Shown in pieces: positions 12,793 through 25,408 of a DNA stretch of 64,000 bases. Below the pieces are notes generated by a model that was given only the letters and a program-made list of their open reading frames with translations, was not told the origin of the DNA and did no database searches. A program made the position numbers and the translations under genes. Source of the stretch: Mustelus asterias. Its lineage: Eukaryota. Every line of letters begins with the position of its first letter. Within the stretch, counting starts at the first letter, position 1. Where the stretch lies: NCBI RefSeq assembly GCF_964213995.1, contig NC_135805.1, positions 145,204,001-145,268,000 of the forward strand, written 5' to 3'.

Positions 12793-14425
12793 TAGAACCA
12801 TAGAATCTCTATAGTGCAGGAAGAGCCTGCACTGACCCTCTGAGCATCCCATGCTGATTCTTCCCTCTACACTATCCCCATGCATTTACTATTGTTAATT
12901 TACCTAACTTGCCAACCTTTTGACACTAAGAGACAATTTAGCATGGCCAATCCACTTAACACACACGTCTTTGAACACTAAGGGTTTTTCTAGCATGGCC
13001 AACCCATCTAATTTGCCCATCTTTGCACACTACGGATCAACTTATCATGGTCAATCCACCTAAGCTGCACATATTTGGAATATGGGAGGAATGCAGAACA
13101 TCTGGAGGAAACCCATGGAAAAAACAGACTTAATAATGAACTCTACATGTCAGAAGGATTATGGAATAGCATCAATGGTAAAAATGAAACATAAAGTGTC
13201 TAATACAGAATAAAAAAGACATGCTGGTTCGCTGTATTGGTTATACTAAACTCTACCTCAGTGTACACGAACAGGTGTCCGAATGTGGTGAGGAGGGGAT
13301 TTTCCAGGTAAATTCATTGCAGTGCCTACTTGTGACAATGATAAATAAACTTTATATATACACGAAGAACAGAATGATGGCAGAGTTCCGTTTTCAGAGA
13401 GGTTTCTGTCATTGTTCTGATATCTGTGTCAGGTGGGGGACTTGTAGCTGCTGCTCATCAAACTTTATAACCCCAAAACATTCACAACAATGTTCACATG
13501 AGCCGTAGTTTCATCATATAATCTCAGCGCGGGGGGTGGGGGGGGGGGGGGGGAGGAGGTTGGCGGTGGAGGGCTGCAGAATGGTCAGCAACGCTGCCTC
13601 AACTCCAGGAACCTGACTTCAATTCTAGCCTCGGGAGACTGTGCGTGTACGGTTTGCACGTTCCCCCCGTGTCCATGTGGGTTTCCTCTCGGTGATCTGG
13701 ATTCTCCCCAACACTCCAAAGGTGCGCAGGTTAGGTGGATTCACCATATTAAATTACCTCGTATTGTCCAAGTATGTGTAGGTTTGGTGGATTTCCCATG
13801 GTAAATGTGTGGGGTTGCGGGATGAGGTGGAGGGAGGGTCTTAGGTGGGATGCTCTTAAGGGTGGCATGGTGGCATAATGGTTAGCATTACTGCCCCACA
13901 ACACCACGGAGCCGGGTTCAATTCCGACCTCAGGTCACTGTCTGTGCATAGTTTACATGTTCTGCCCGTGGCAGCGTAGGTTTCCCCCGGGTGCTCCAGT
14001 TTCCACCCGCAGTTCAATGATGTGCAGGTTAGGTTGTTTTGCCGTGCTAAATTGTCCCTTACTGTCAGGGCGACCAGCAGGGTAAATATGTGGGGTTTTA
14101 GGGTTAGGGCCTGGGTGGGATTGTTGTCGGTGCAGGCTCGATGGGCCGAATGATCTCCTTCTGCACTTCAGGGATTGTATGATTCTTCGTCAGTATAGAA
14201 GCAGGCCATTCGGCCCATCGTGTAGCAGTTACTATCTGGAAGATCATCTTATCCAGACCTCTATCTCCGTAAGTATTTACCCCGCTAATACCTAACCTAT
14301 ATTTGTTGGGACACGAAGAAGCAATTTAGCATGATCAATCAATTTAACCTTCACATCTGTGGAATGTGGGAGAAAACCGGAGCACCCGGAATAAATCAAC
14401 GCAGACACGGGGAGAACATGCAAAC
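12793..14425. mobile_element. Cluster of diverged SINEs: 12793-13120 (-), ~13220-13350 (+), 13575-13860 (+), 13861-14185 (+), 14195-14425 (-)
   Basis: Recurring SINE head, core and tail motifs on both strands. Confidence 0.75.
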
Positions 14426-14585
14426 ACCAGTTTAACCGGCAGAGAGAGTGCGCTGGTGCCCTCTTTTTAGGTCAGCAGCCAGGGAGAGTGAACGAGTCAG
14501 GGAATTGTTTGAATAAGAAAACGGCAACGGAAGTGGAGAATGTGACAGCGGAGAGAATTTACGGATGTGAGGAGCAATAACTGTG

Positions 14586-14706
14586 ATTGGTTATCTGAAC
14601 TAACTAATTAAATAAGCAGAAAACGGCGCATCAATGGTTAAGCCAATGGTGAACACGTCTTTCGCCTATCCTTCATTTGCATAGTTGTCTGGGTTAGGCT
14701 ATAAAA
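14586..14706 (+). promoter_or_regulatory. H2B promoter: CCAAT boxes, octamer ATTTGCAT, TATA
   Basis: gattgg ~14586, ccaat 14643-14647, atttgcat 14675-14682, tataaaa 14700-14706. This is the canonical vertebrate H2B octamer-TATA layout. Confidence 0.85.
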
Positions 14707-14759
14707 AGAGGAGTACTGACTGAATTTCAGTTATTCTGTGTCTGTAGTCTGCATACATT

Positions 14760-15137
14760 ATGCCTGAAGAAAAGAAACTCCAAACTGCCAAGAAGGGCGC
14801 CAAAAAGGCGCAGAAGAAGCCGGTAATGAAAAGCGGTAAGAGGAAGAGGAGGTCTAGAAAGGAGAGTTATGGCATCTACATCTACAAAGTGATGAAGCAG
14901 GTTCACCCCGACACCGGCATCTCCTCCAAAGCCATGAGCATCATGAACTCGTTTGTTAGTGATATCTTCGAGCGCATCGCGGGTGAGGCATCCCGCCTGG
15001 CCCATTACAACAAGCGCAGCACCATCAGCTCCCGGGAGATCCAGACCGCCGTGCGCCTGCTGCTGCCCGGGGAACTGGCCAAGCACGCCGTGTCGGAGGG
15101 GACAAAGGCGGTGACCAAATACACCAGCTCCAAGTAA
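14760..15137 (+). CDS. H2B: Histone H2B, intact
   Basis: 125 aa MPEEKK...[21 protein letters not shown]...KYTSSK. Stem-loop ggctcttttaagagcc at 15173-15188. Confidence 0.97.
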   Translation: MPEEKKLQTAKKGAKKAQKKPVMKSGKRKRRSRKESYGIYIYKVMKQVHPDTGISSKAMSIMNSFVSDIFERIAGEASRLAHYNKRSTISSREIQTAVRLLLPGELAKHAVSEGTKAVTKYTSSK

Positions 15138-15172
15138 AACTGTCCAACGGCACTGAAAAAATACAACAAAAC

Positions 15173-15215
15173 GGCTCTTTTAAGAGCCACCCACAACTTC
15201 TGTGAGAAAGCTATG
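15173..15215 (+). terminator. Histone stem-loop plus HDE (H2B copy 2)
   Basis: ggctcttttaagagcc-acccac...gtgagaaagct. Confidence 0.9.
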
Positions 15216-15477
15216 CTATTATAATATTAGAAGTTATTTAATTCAGATTGTATTTTTCATTAGCCCTTCAATCAGAAAGTTCTGAATAGTAGAGAGTACT
15301 CGCATGTTTGGTTATGAGTCTGTTAACCTGAGCGCCCTGTAGGGCGGTCAGGGGGTCACAACACGGGAGACGGTACTAGAATATTGTTTTATAATAGTCC
15401 AATTTATAAGTCCAAAGAAATGAGACCCCCCCCCCCCGCCGCCAGGAAAGCGGGTTTCAAAAAAGACCGAGACTAAA

Positions 15478-15640
15478 CATGGATTGGCCATGCTACATTA
15501 CCCTAGCTAATCCCCCTGACACTAGGGGCAAATACATGGGGTTTCAAGGATCAGGCCTGGGTGTGATTGTGGTCGGTGCAGACTCGATGGGCCGAATGGC
15601 CTCCTTCTGCTCTATGGATTCTAGGAATCTATGGATTCTA
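15478..15640 (+). mobile_element. SINE 3' half
   Basis: ggattggccatgcta...gactcgatgggccgaatggcctccttctg tail. Confidence 0.7.
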
Positions 15641-16473
15641 AACCCAAATGGATCCCGGTTTGTAAAGGCGAATCTGAGACTTGTGATAAACTAGGATCCA
15701 GTAAAATAATGGACGCTAATTTCTAAACATTCAGTTGGCCGTGTTAACTATTCATAGAATTTCAGGGTGAAAGCATTTCCTTCTTCCTGACATATATCGG
15801 CGTTTGATACATTTTCACATTTGGCGTTAACTTTTCTATTATTGCCCTGTCCTCGTTAAACAGACACACAATCATGAACTAGAGGAAGAGAGAATGTTAA
15901 AATCCCACATTAAAGCTGGTTGATTATTTTATTTATTTCTTGCTTTACACATTGGCGGGATTTTAAATGTGAAAAACCAGCGGTTAGGATTTGAAAATGT
16001 GGCTCCTGACTTTCCGCCCTCTGATTTTCTGTTTTCCATTCAGAATTCCCGCTTCTTGTCAGTTAGAGAAATCCCGCACAAAAGCAGGAACTGACCGATA
16101 AAGGGAATTTTTAGATTAGGAAGAGAAATTGAATGCATTCCAATCTTGAACTGATATCTGAATTACGTCTCACATTTTTTATAATTCCTATTCGACTTTT
16201 TTAAAAAGTTGGCGCTTATTTAAAATGAATCGGTTGGAATCTGAGAATTTGGCGCCCTTACTTTTCGCCCTCAGCACCGTGGCCTTCCCCGATTGGTGCT
16301 TTAAACAGATATCTGATTGGGCATTGTGGAGAAGGTGTGATGAGGTTTTCCCCATAGCCAATCAGCAATGTGTGCACCGCCATCCCTCCCCAGGCTACAA
16401 GATAAGTGAATCTGGGCGGCATTCGCCCTGAATGTGTCGCATTCTCTGTCAAAGCCTTTGTGAGATTGTCACA

Positions 16474-16824
16474 ATGTCTGGAAGAGGAAAGACCGGCGGG
16501 AAAGCTCGGACCAAACCCAATCTCGCTCCTCCGTGGGGCCGTGTTCATAGAATCCTGAGAAAGGGCAACTGCGTGTGGCTGCTGGGGCCCCGGTCTACTG
16601 GCTGCTGTACTCGGGTATCTGACGGCTGAAATCCTGGAGCTGGCCGGCAACGCGGCCCGGGACCATAAATCAGCATCCCCAGATACCTCCATATGGCCGT
16701 GCGCAACGATGAGGAGCTCAACAAGTTGTTGGGAAAGGTGACCATCGCTCAGGGCGGGATGCTACCTATTTTCCAGGACGTGCTGTTGCCCAAAAAAGCC
16801 TCTGCGGCATCGAAGACCAAGTGA
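16474..16824 (+). pseudogene. H2A: Histone H2A pseudogene
   Basis: Colinear with 2310-2696 ([15 protein letters not shown]...) but with several deletions and frameshifts. Stem-loop damaged (tgctcttttcagagcc, 16855-16870). Confidence 0.93.
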
Positions 16825-17185
16825 AGCGACCACTCTGAAATCTAATAACCCAAATGCTCTTTTCAGAGCCACACACTTTCTCTGGAAAGAGCGACCAAAT
16901 CGCCATCCGACTGGTGGCGTATTTGTGAGAATTCCTCGCCAATATGAGCTGGATTGAGAAGCTACCACTTTATCTGAGGGCCGGTTACTGTGAGGGACTT
17001 GATGCTTGTACAAGGAATCACCGAGTTGAATTAAACTCAGATCAGTTTAAATAACATACTGCCACACAACTAATAACGTACCACACAGAGGTGACATCAC
17101 TAGGTGAAAGGAATTAAATGAAAGAAAGCACGCTGTGCCACCGATGTATAATCTATGCTGTAGCTCTTTTCCTGACAGACTTGGT

Positions 17186-17201
17186 GGCTCTTAAAAGAGC
17201 C
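17186..17201 (-). terminator. Histone stem-loop (H3 copy 2)
   Basis: Reverse complement of ggctcttttaagagcc; HDE caggaaaagagcta downstream. Confidence 0.9.
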
Positions 17202-17230
17202 TTTGTTGGATTGGGGGTTGAGGTGGGTTT

Positions 17231-17680
<450 letters not shown>

Positions 17681-18245
17681 TTATATACCTTCTAGTCACC
17701 GCCCTCTGCTCCTGACTGGATGCTGCCCCATCCCGTGGACAAGGTTGAAAAGAGCGATTGGGCAGCGAGGATTTCAGGGTCCTGATTGGTGACATTGTAA
17801 CTGACAATTCTTCAATTTAAAATGCCCGCCAATGTTTGAGTGACAAGAAACGGAACTTTGAAAAGAGCCTTTGTTGGACTTTGAAGTGAATTGTCTCATT
17901 TTTAAAAATCGCAAAAAATCTCAATGTTTGCTCACTGCCTTCGCACCAGGAATAACTTCAGATTCATTTCGTGATAGACCTATAGCAAGCTGGGATAAAA
18001 CTCCAAGTCATATGCGGAAAACGGAGTGTCACACAAACTTCATGTGTGTTCGGGATTGTTTATATCAAAGCCGAGTAGGTGTTCAGGGGCAACCGGGCCT
18101 CTTCACTTTTCTAATGCATTGAAGCGGAGTGGGTGGCGGGGGTATCGGCGGGATCTTCTGCGCTGTTTTTGTAAACCGTTTATGACCAAATTCATAATAT
18201 TGATTTTGGCTTTCTACTTTCTGAAGACAGATTAAATCGATGGAA

Positions 18246-20400
18246 TACACATAGAAACTAGAAGCAAGAATAGGCCATTCGGCCCTTCGAGCCTTCTCCG
18301 CCATTCATTTTGAACATGGCTAATCATCGAATTCAATATCCAGATTCCCCCTTCCCCACATATCCCTTCATCCCTTTAGCCCCAAGAGCTATATCTATTT
18401 TTTTCTTGAAATCTCATAACGTTTTGGCCTCAACTGCATTCTGTGATAGTGAATTCCAAACATTCACCACCCTCTGGGCGATGAACTTTCTCCTCACCTC
18501 AGTTCTAAAAGGTTTACCCCTTGTCCTCAAACCATGACCCTTCGTTCTGGACTCCCTCACCAGCGAAAACATTATTTCTGAATCTATCTTGTCTGATACT
18601 GTTAGAATTTTTTTTAAAGTTTCTGAGATCCCCTCTCGTTCTTTTAAACTCCAGTGAATATAATCCGAACGATTTAGTCTCTCCTCATAGGCAGACATGC
18701 CATCCCAGGATTCAGCCTGGTAAACCTTTGTTGTACTCCCTCTATAGCAAGGACATCTTTCCTCAGACAAGGTCACTCCAGAAATTCCTCCTCTATTGTA
18801 CTATGACTAATTTGACTCTCCCAATGTATTTGCAGATTAAAGTCACCCATAATCACTGAGGTTCCTTTTAACGCATTCATCTCTGATTTCCTGTCTAATG
18901 CTTTTCCCAACATTACCACTATAGTTTGGTGGTCTGTCTCCCACTACCACAAATGTTTTTCCCCTTTGTTGTTTCCTAACTCAAATCATTCAGATTCCAC
19001 ATCATCTATGCTAATCATCTATGATTAATCTTCTTTCCTCAATATTATCTCACTATCATCTTGAATAAACAATGCAGCTCCACCACCTTTTCTTTTCTGT
19101 CCGTCGTTCCTAAACACTGAATAGCCCTCAATGTTTAGTTCCCATCCTGGCTCACCTTGGAGCCATGTCTCCGTAATTCCAACTATATAATACCCATTTA
19201 CATCTATCTCTTCAACTAATTCATCCATTTTGTTTTGAATGATCTGCACATTCAGGCACAAATCCTGAAGGTGGGCACTTTTAACATTTATTTTCCCTTT
19301 CCTATTATTTTTCTCTCAGTCCTAATCTGACTCTAGCCGTTGATTTCTCTGCCTATCACTTTCCTTATTCTCCTTACTGTCTTTTCCACTTGTTCTGAAT
19401 TCCTCCTGCTCTGAATCCTTGCAATGGTTCCCATTCCCTGCCATATTAGTTTAAACCATCCCCAACCACTCGAGCAAGGGACCCGGGTTCGATTCCCGGC
19501 CTGGGTCACCCTCCGCGAGGAGTTTGCACATCCCCCTGTATCTGCGTGTGTTTCCTCTGGGTGCTCCGGTTTCCTCACAGTTCAAAGATGTGCTGGTTAG
19601 GTGCATTGGCCATGCTAAATTGCCCCTTAGTGCTGGGGGACTAGTTAGGGTAAATACATGAGGTAATGGGGATAGGGCCTGGGTGGGATTGTGGCCAGTG
19701 TAAACTCGATGGGCTGAATGGTCTCCTTCGGCACTGTAGGATTCGATGATGATTCTATGAAGTACTCCCCACTCCCCCAAGGACATCGATCCTGATCCTG
19801 TCCAGGTGTAACCCATCCAGTTTGTACACATCCCACCTCCCCCAGAACCGGTCCCAATATCCTAGGAATCTGAAACCCCGCCATTCACACCATCTTTTCA
19901 GCCACATATTCACCCTACCTATGTATCCTGCTGTTTTTAATCTGACTAGCACGTGGTACAAGTAGTCATCCTGAGATCACTACCTTTGAGGTCCTACTTT
20001 TCAGTTTGCTTCCTAGCTCCCAATATTCGGCTTTCAGGACCTCATCCTTTTTTGTCAACATCTTTTGTATCAACGTATACTATGACCACAGGCTGTTCAC
20101 TCTCCCCTTTCAGAATGTCCTGCAGCCGCTCTGAGGCATCCATGACTCTACCAACAGAAAGGCAACATACCATCCTGGAGTCTTGTTTGCAACCACAGAA
20201 ACGGCTCTCTATTGCCCTTACAATGAATCCCACGTAACTATTGTATTCCCACACTTTTTACTCCTCCTCTCTGCAGCAGAACCAAAGCTGATGCAACAGA
20301 TTTGGCTGTTGCTGTTCTCCCCTGAAAGGCCATTCCTTAACAGTATCCAGAACAGTACATCTGTTTTGCAGGGGAACAGCCACAGGAGATTCCTGCGCTG
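18246..20400 (-). mobile_element. Old internally deleted CR1: 3' end, endonuclease region and ORF1 (SGNH esterase-like) remnants; SINE inserted at 19477-19760 (+)
   Basis: ORF fragments IVGITETWLQG (APE), RFCGCKQDSRMVCCL...EQPVVIV and WGRWDVYKLDGLHL (CR1 ORF1), and the C-terminal RTKGHGL...RVVNVWNSL. Confidence 0.8.
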
Positions 20401-20504
20401 CTTTGTGGATAAAATGATACATCAGCTTACAACACCCACAAAGTATTAACAAGGAATTGCAAAAATCTGACAAATTCTATCCATTACTCTTTCTGACCCA
20501 CTGT

Positions 20505-22265
20505 CATAGAGTCATAGAGGTTTACAGTATGGAAACAGGCCCTTCGGCCCAACTTGTCCATGCCGCCCTTTTTTAAAAAAAAACCCTCAGCTAATCCCAA
20601 CTGCCCACATTTGGCCCATATCCCTCTATAGCCATTGTACCCATGCAACTATCTAAATGCTTTTTAAAAGACAAAATTGTCCCCGCCTCTGCTACTACCC
20701 CTGGCAGCTTGTTCCAGACACACACCACCCTCTGTGTGAAAAAATTGCCCCTCTGGACACCTTTGTATCTCTCCCCTCTCACCTTAAACCTATGCCCTCT
20801 AGTTTTAGACTCCACTACCTTTGGGACAAGATATTGACTATCTAGCTGATCTGTGCCCCTCATTATTTTATAGACCTCTATAAGATCCCCCCTCAGCCTC
20901 CTACGCTCCAGAGAAAAAAGTCCCAGTCTATCCAGCCTCTCCTTATAACTCAATCTATCAAGTCCCTGTAGCATCCTAGTAAATCTTTTCTGCACTATTT
21001 CTAGTTTAATAATACCCTTTCTATAATAGGGTTACCAGAATTGCATACAGTATTCCAAGTGTGGCCTTACCAATGTCTTGTACAACTTCAACAAGACATT
21101 CCAACTCCTGTATTCAATGCTCTGACCGATGAAACCAAGCATGCCGAATGCCTTCTTCACCATTCTGTCCACCTGTGACTCCACTTTCAAGGAGCTATGA
21201 ACATGTACCCCGAGATCTCTTTGTTCTGTAACTCTCCCCAACGCCCTACCATTAACTGAGTAAGTCCTGCCCTGGTTCAATCTACCAAAATGTATCACCT
21301 CGTTTTTGTCTAAATTAAACTCCATCTGCCATTCGTCAGCCCACTGGCCCAATTGATCAAGGTCCCGTTGCAATTGGAGATAACTTTCTTCACTGTCCAC
21401 TATGCCACCAATCCTATTGTCATCTGCAAACTTACTAACCATGCCTCCTATATTCTCATCCAAATCATTAATATAAATGACAAATAACAGTGGACCCAGC
21501 ACTGATCCCTGAGGCACACCGCTGGTCACAGGCCTCCAGTTTGAAAAACAATTCTCGACAACCACCCCTTTTGTATCCATTTAGATACCTCACTCTGGAT
21601 CCCGTGAGATTTAACCTTATGCAACAACCTACCATGCAGTACCTTGTCAAAGGCCTTGCTAAAGTCCATGTAGACAACATCAACTGCATTGCCCTCATCT
21701 ACCTTCTTGGTTATCCCTTCAAAAAACTCAATCAAATTTGTGAGACATGATTTTCCACTCACAAAGCCATGCTGACTGTCCCTAATCAGTACTTGCGTCT
21801 CTAAATGTCTGTAGATCCTGTCTCTCAAAATACCTTCCAACAATTTACCCACCACACATGTGAGGCTCACTGGCCTGTAGTTCCCAGGCTTTTCCCTGCA
21901 GCCCTTTTTAAACAAAGGCACAACATTTGCCACTCTCCAATCTTCAGGCACCTCACCCGTGACAATCGATGATTCAAATATCTCGGCGAGGGGACCCATA
22001 ATTTCTTCCCTCGCCTCCCACAATGTCCTCGGATACACTTCATCAGGTCCCAGAGATTTATCTATCTTGATGTGCTTTAAGACTTCCAGCACCTCCTTCT
22101 CTGTAATATGTACACTCCTCAAGACATCACTATTTATTTCTCCAAGTTCCCTAACATCCATGGTTTTCTCAACAGTAAATACTGATGAGAAATATTCATT
22201 TAGGATCTCACCCATCTCCTGTGGATCTGCAAATAGATGACCTTGTTGATTCTTAAGAGGCCCTA
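20505..22265 (-). mobile_element. CR1 LINE, 5'-truncated
   Basis: ORFs 21526-22341, 21032-21580 and 20591-20995 with RT motifs; tail (tatgactc)n. Confidence 0.95.
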
Positions 22266-22304
22266 CAGATTCAGTCTGTGTCTTTCTGCCAGCTGTTCGA
22301 ACTT

Positions 22305-22577
22305 TTTTATTAGTGTCACAAATAGGCTTACATTGACACATGCAAAGAGGTTACTGTGAAAATCCCATCATCAGCACACTCCAGCGCCTGTTCCGGTACA
22401 AAGAGAAAATTTAGCATGGCCAATACACCTAACTAGCACGTCTTTTGGACCATTAAACCGTAGCACCCGAAGGAAAGCCATGCAGAGGACGTGCAGACTC
22501 CACAGTGACCCAAGCCAGGAATCGAACACGGGTTCCTGGCGCTGTCAGGTGGCAGTGCTAACAACTGTGCTGCCCCC
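22305..22577 (-). mobile_element. tRNA SINE with an alternative A-rich tail (same type as 41988-42285)
   Basis: Reverse complement of a SINE head; tail ...gcctatttgtgacactaataaa. Confidence 0.75.
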
Positions 22578-22770
22578 ATGTGGGTCTACAAGATTATGAG
22601 AGGCATGGACAGAGTGGATAGTCAGAAGCTTTTTCCCAGGGTGGAAGAATCAATTACTAGGGGGCATAGGTTTAAGGTGCCCGGGGCAAGGTTTAAAGGA
22701 GATGTACGAGGCAGAATTTTTACACAGAGGGTATGGGTGCCTGGAACTCGTTGCTGGGGGAGGTAGTGGA

Positions 22771-23862
22771 GTAAGAAGTCTCACAACACCAGGTTAAATT
22801 CCAACAGGTTTATTTGGTAGCAAATACCATAAGCTTTCGGAGCAGAGCTCCTTCGTCAGATGGAGTGGATATCTGCTCTCAAACAGGGCACAGACATAGA
22901 AATCAAATTACAGAATACTGATTAGAATGCAAATCTCTACAGCCAGCCAGGTCTTAAATGTACAGACAATGTGGGTGGAGGGAGCATTCAACACAGGTTA
23001 AAGAGATGTGTATTGTCTCCAGACAGAACAGCTTGTGAAATTCTGCAAGTCCAGGAGGCAAGCTGTGGGGGTTACTGATAATGTGACATAAATCCAACAT
23101 CCCGGTTCTGCCACAGCAACCTCTGCAAGACGTGCCGGATCATCGACACAGATGCCATCATCTCACGTGAGAACACCATCTACCAGGTACACGGTACCTA
23201 CTCTTGCAACTCGGTCAACGTGGTCTACCTGATACGCTGCAACAAAGGATGTCCCGAGGCATGGTACATTGGGGAAACCATGCAGACGCTACGACAACGG
23301 ATGAATGAACACCGCTTGACAATCACCAGGCAAGACTGTTCTCTTCCTGTGGGGGAGCACTTCAGCAGTCTTGGATCTTCAGGTAAGCGTTCTCCAAGGC
23401 GGCCTTCACGACACACGACAGCGCAGAGTCGCTGAGCAGAAACTGATAGCCAAGTTCCGCACACATGAGGACGGCCTAAACCGGGATGTTGGATTTATGT
23501 CACATTATCAGTAACCCCCACAGCTTGCCTCCTGGACTTGCAGAATTTCACAAGCTGTTCTGTCTGGAGACAATACACATCTCTTTAACCTGTGTTGAAT
23601 GCTCCCTCCACCCACATTGTCTGTACATTTAAGACCTGGCTGGCTGTAGAGATTTGCATTCTAATCAGTATTCTGTAATTTGATTTGTGTCTGTGCCCTT
23701 TTTGAGAACAGATATCCACTCCATCTGACGAAGGAGCTCTGCTCCGAAAGCTTATGGTATTTGCTACCAAATAAACCTGTTGGACTTTAACCTGGTGTTG
23801 TGAGACTTCTTACTGTGCTTACCCCAGTCCAACGCCGGCATCTCCACATCATGACTACCATC
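22771..23862 (+). mobile_element. Penelope-like element: inverted 5' pLTR, GIY-YIG endonuclease fragment, 3' pLTR; 11-bp TSD
   Basis: 22771-23107 is the reverse complement of 23479-23813. Encodes VVYLIRCNKGCPEAWYIGETMQTLRQRMNEHR (GIY-YIG). TSD gaggtagtgga at 22760-22770 and 23863-23873. Confidence 0.92.
23721..23757 (+). ncRNA. Minimal type I hammerhead ribozyme motif in the Penelope pLTR (antisense copy at 22827-22863)
   Basis: ccat-CTGACGA-a-ggagc tct gctcc-GAAA-gcTTA-tgg: conserved core, helix II and palindromic AAGCTT helix III. Confidence 0.8.
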
Positions 23863-24241
23863 GAGGTAGTGGAAGCAGATACGACAGTGACTTTGAAGGG
23901 GCGTCTTGACAAGTACATGAATAGGATGCCAATAGATGGATACGGTCCCCGGAAGGGTAGGGGGTTTTAGTTAAGTCGAGCAGGATGGTCGGTGCAGGCT
24001 TGGAGGGCAGAAGGCCCTGTTCCTGTGTTGCAATTTTGTTTTTTGTTCATATACATTGAGAATCGCAGTCAACGTATCTGAAAGAGGGGGCAATAACGGT
24101 TGCGCAACGGGACAGGGGGCAAATGCGGAATGGCTCATGCCCGAAAGGTTAAAATATGATCAATTATAGATGACGAATTATGAAGAGATAAGAGTTCCGC
24201 TCTTGTATCAAGGTCAGTGCTCTCAATGTGAGGATGTGGGC

Positions 24242-24257
24242 GGCTCTGAAAAGAGCC
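24242..24257 (-). terminator. Histone stem-loop (H4)
   Basis: Reverse complement of ggctcttttcagagcc. Confidence 0.9.
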
Positions 24258-24288
24258 TTTGGGTTTTGTGAGAATTGTGTAGATTTGT

Positions 24289-24609
<321 letters not shown>

Positions 24610-25356
24610 TCAGTCAAATCGCTGCTGAATGAGAGAGGAGCTGCTGCAGCTTCCTTTATTATACAGCTCGCCCCGACCTGGCTGAGAAAGAGAGAGAGAG
24701 AGAGAGGCGGGGCGGGGAGGAGACTGAGAGACAGACAGAGCAGTGAAATGTCTTTCACCATCCAGCTCTTCCTCCTGCCGGCTCGAACCGACATTTTAGA
24801 TTCAAATTCAAACAGAAGTGAAAAGACCGCGCGGAACAAACGTACAAACTGGAATATGAGATACAAGCGAGTTCGAAACCCGGATCTATTCAATCCAGAC
24901 TTGTCAGTAACATTCCCGCCTCAGTGCAATCCTTTCTTTAGCCAGTCGAACTGCCTCCTCCCATTTCAATCCCAGCTCCGACTCCATTCCCGGCAACTCC
25001 TCTTCCAGACAGGTTCAGAATTTTGCTCAGATCTCTCCCAGCTGATAAAATGTGTTTGTGGTTTGAATTGTGAGGTGGGCTTTCTCCGCCAGGATTCCTC
25101 TTTTACACCCACACCCTGAATCTGTGAATAAAGAAACTAACACAAAGTGTGTGTTCCCTCGGAGCCATTCCCGGGTCAGGGAGAGGCAGCAACATCCCTG
25201 TGTTTGAGTGCAGAGTGTGAGGGGGGTCCGGGTCTAGAACATGTCAGCGTGTGAGCGGGAATATTGGATTGATATTTCTACCTGAAATCTGCTCCCAGCG
25301 CCGGGACAGCGATTCACTGCCGCGGGGGGTTCAGCTCTTTCCTGAGAGAGGTGGGT

Positions 25357-25372
25357 GGCTCTGAGAAGAGCC
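25357..25372 (-). terminator. Histone stem-loop (H1)
   Basis: Reverse complement of ggctcttctcagagcc; HDE caggaaagagctg. Confidence 0.88.
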
Positions 25373-25408
25373 TTTGGGTTTAGAGGTTTAGGATTTGCTC
25401 GGTGTATT

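Larger units (their letters stand above)
22580..24050 (+). mobile_element. CR1 3' fragment split by a Penelope insertion (22580-22770 and 23863-24050)
   Basis: VYKIMRGMDRVDSQKLFPRVEE; the two halves join at the TSD gaggtagtgga. Confidence 0.9.
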
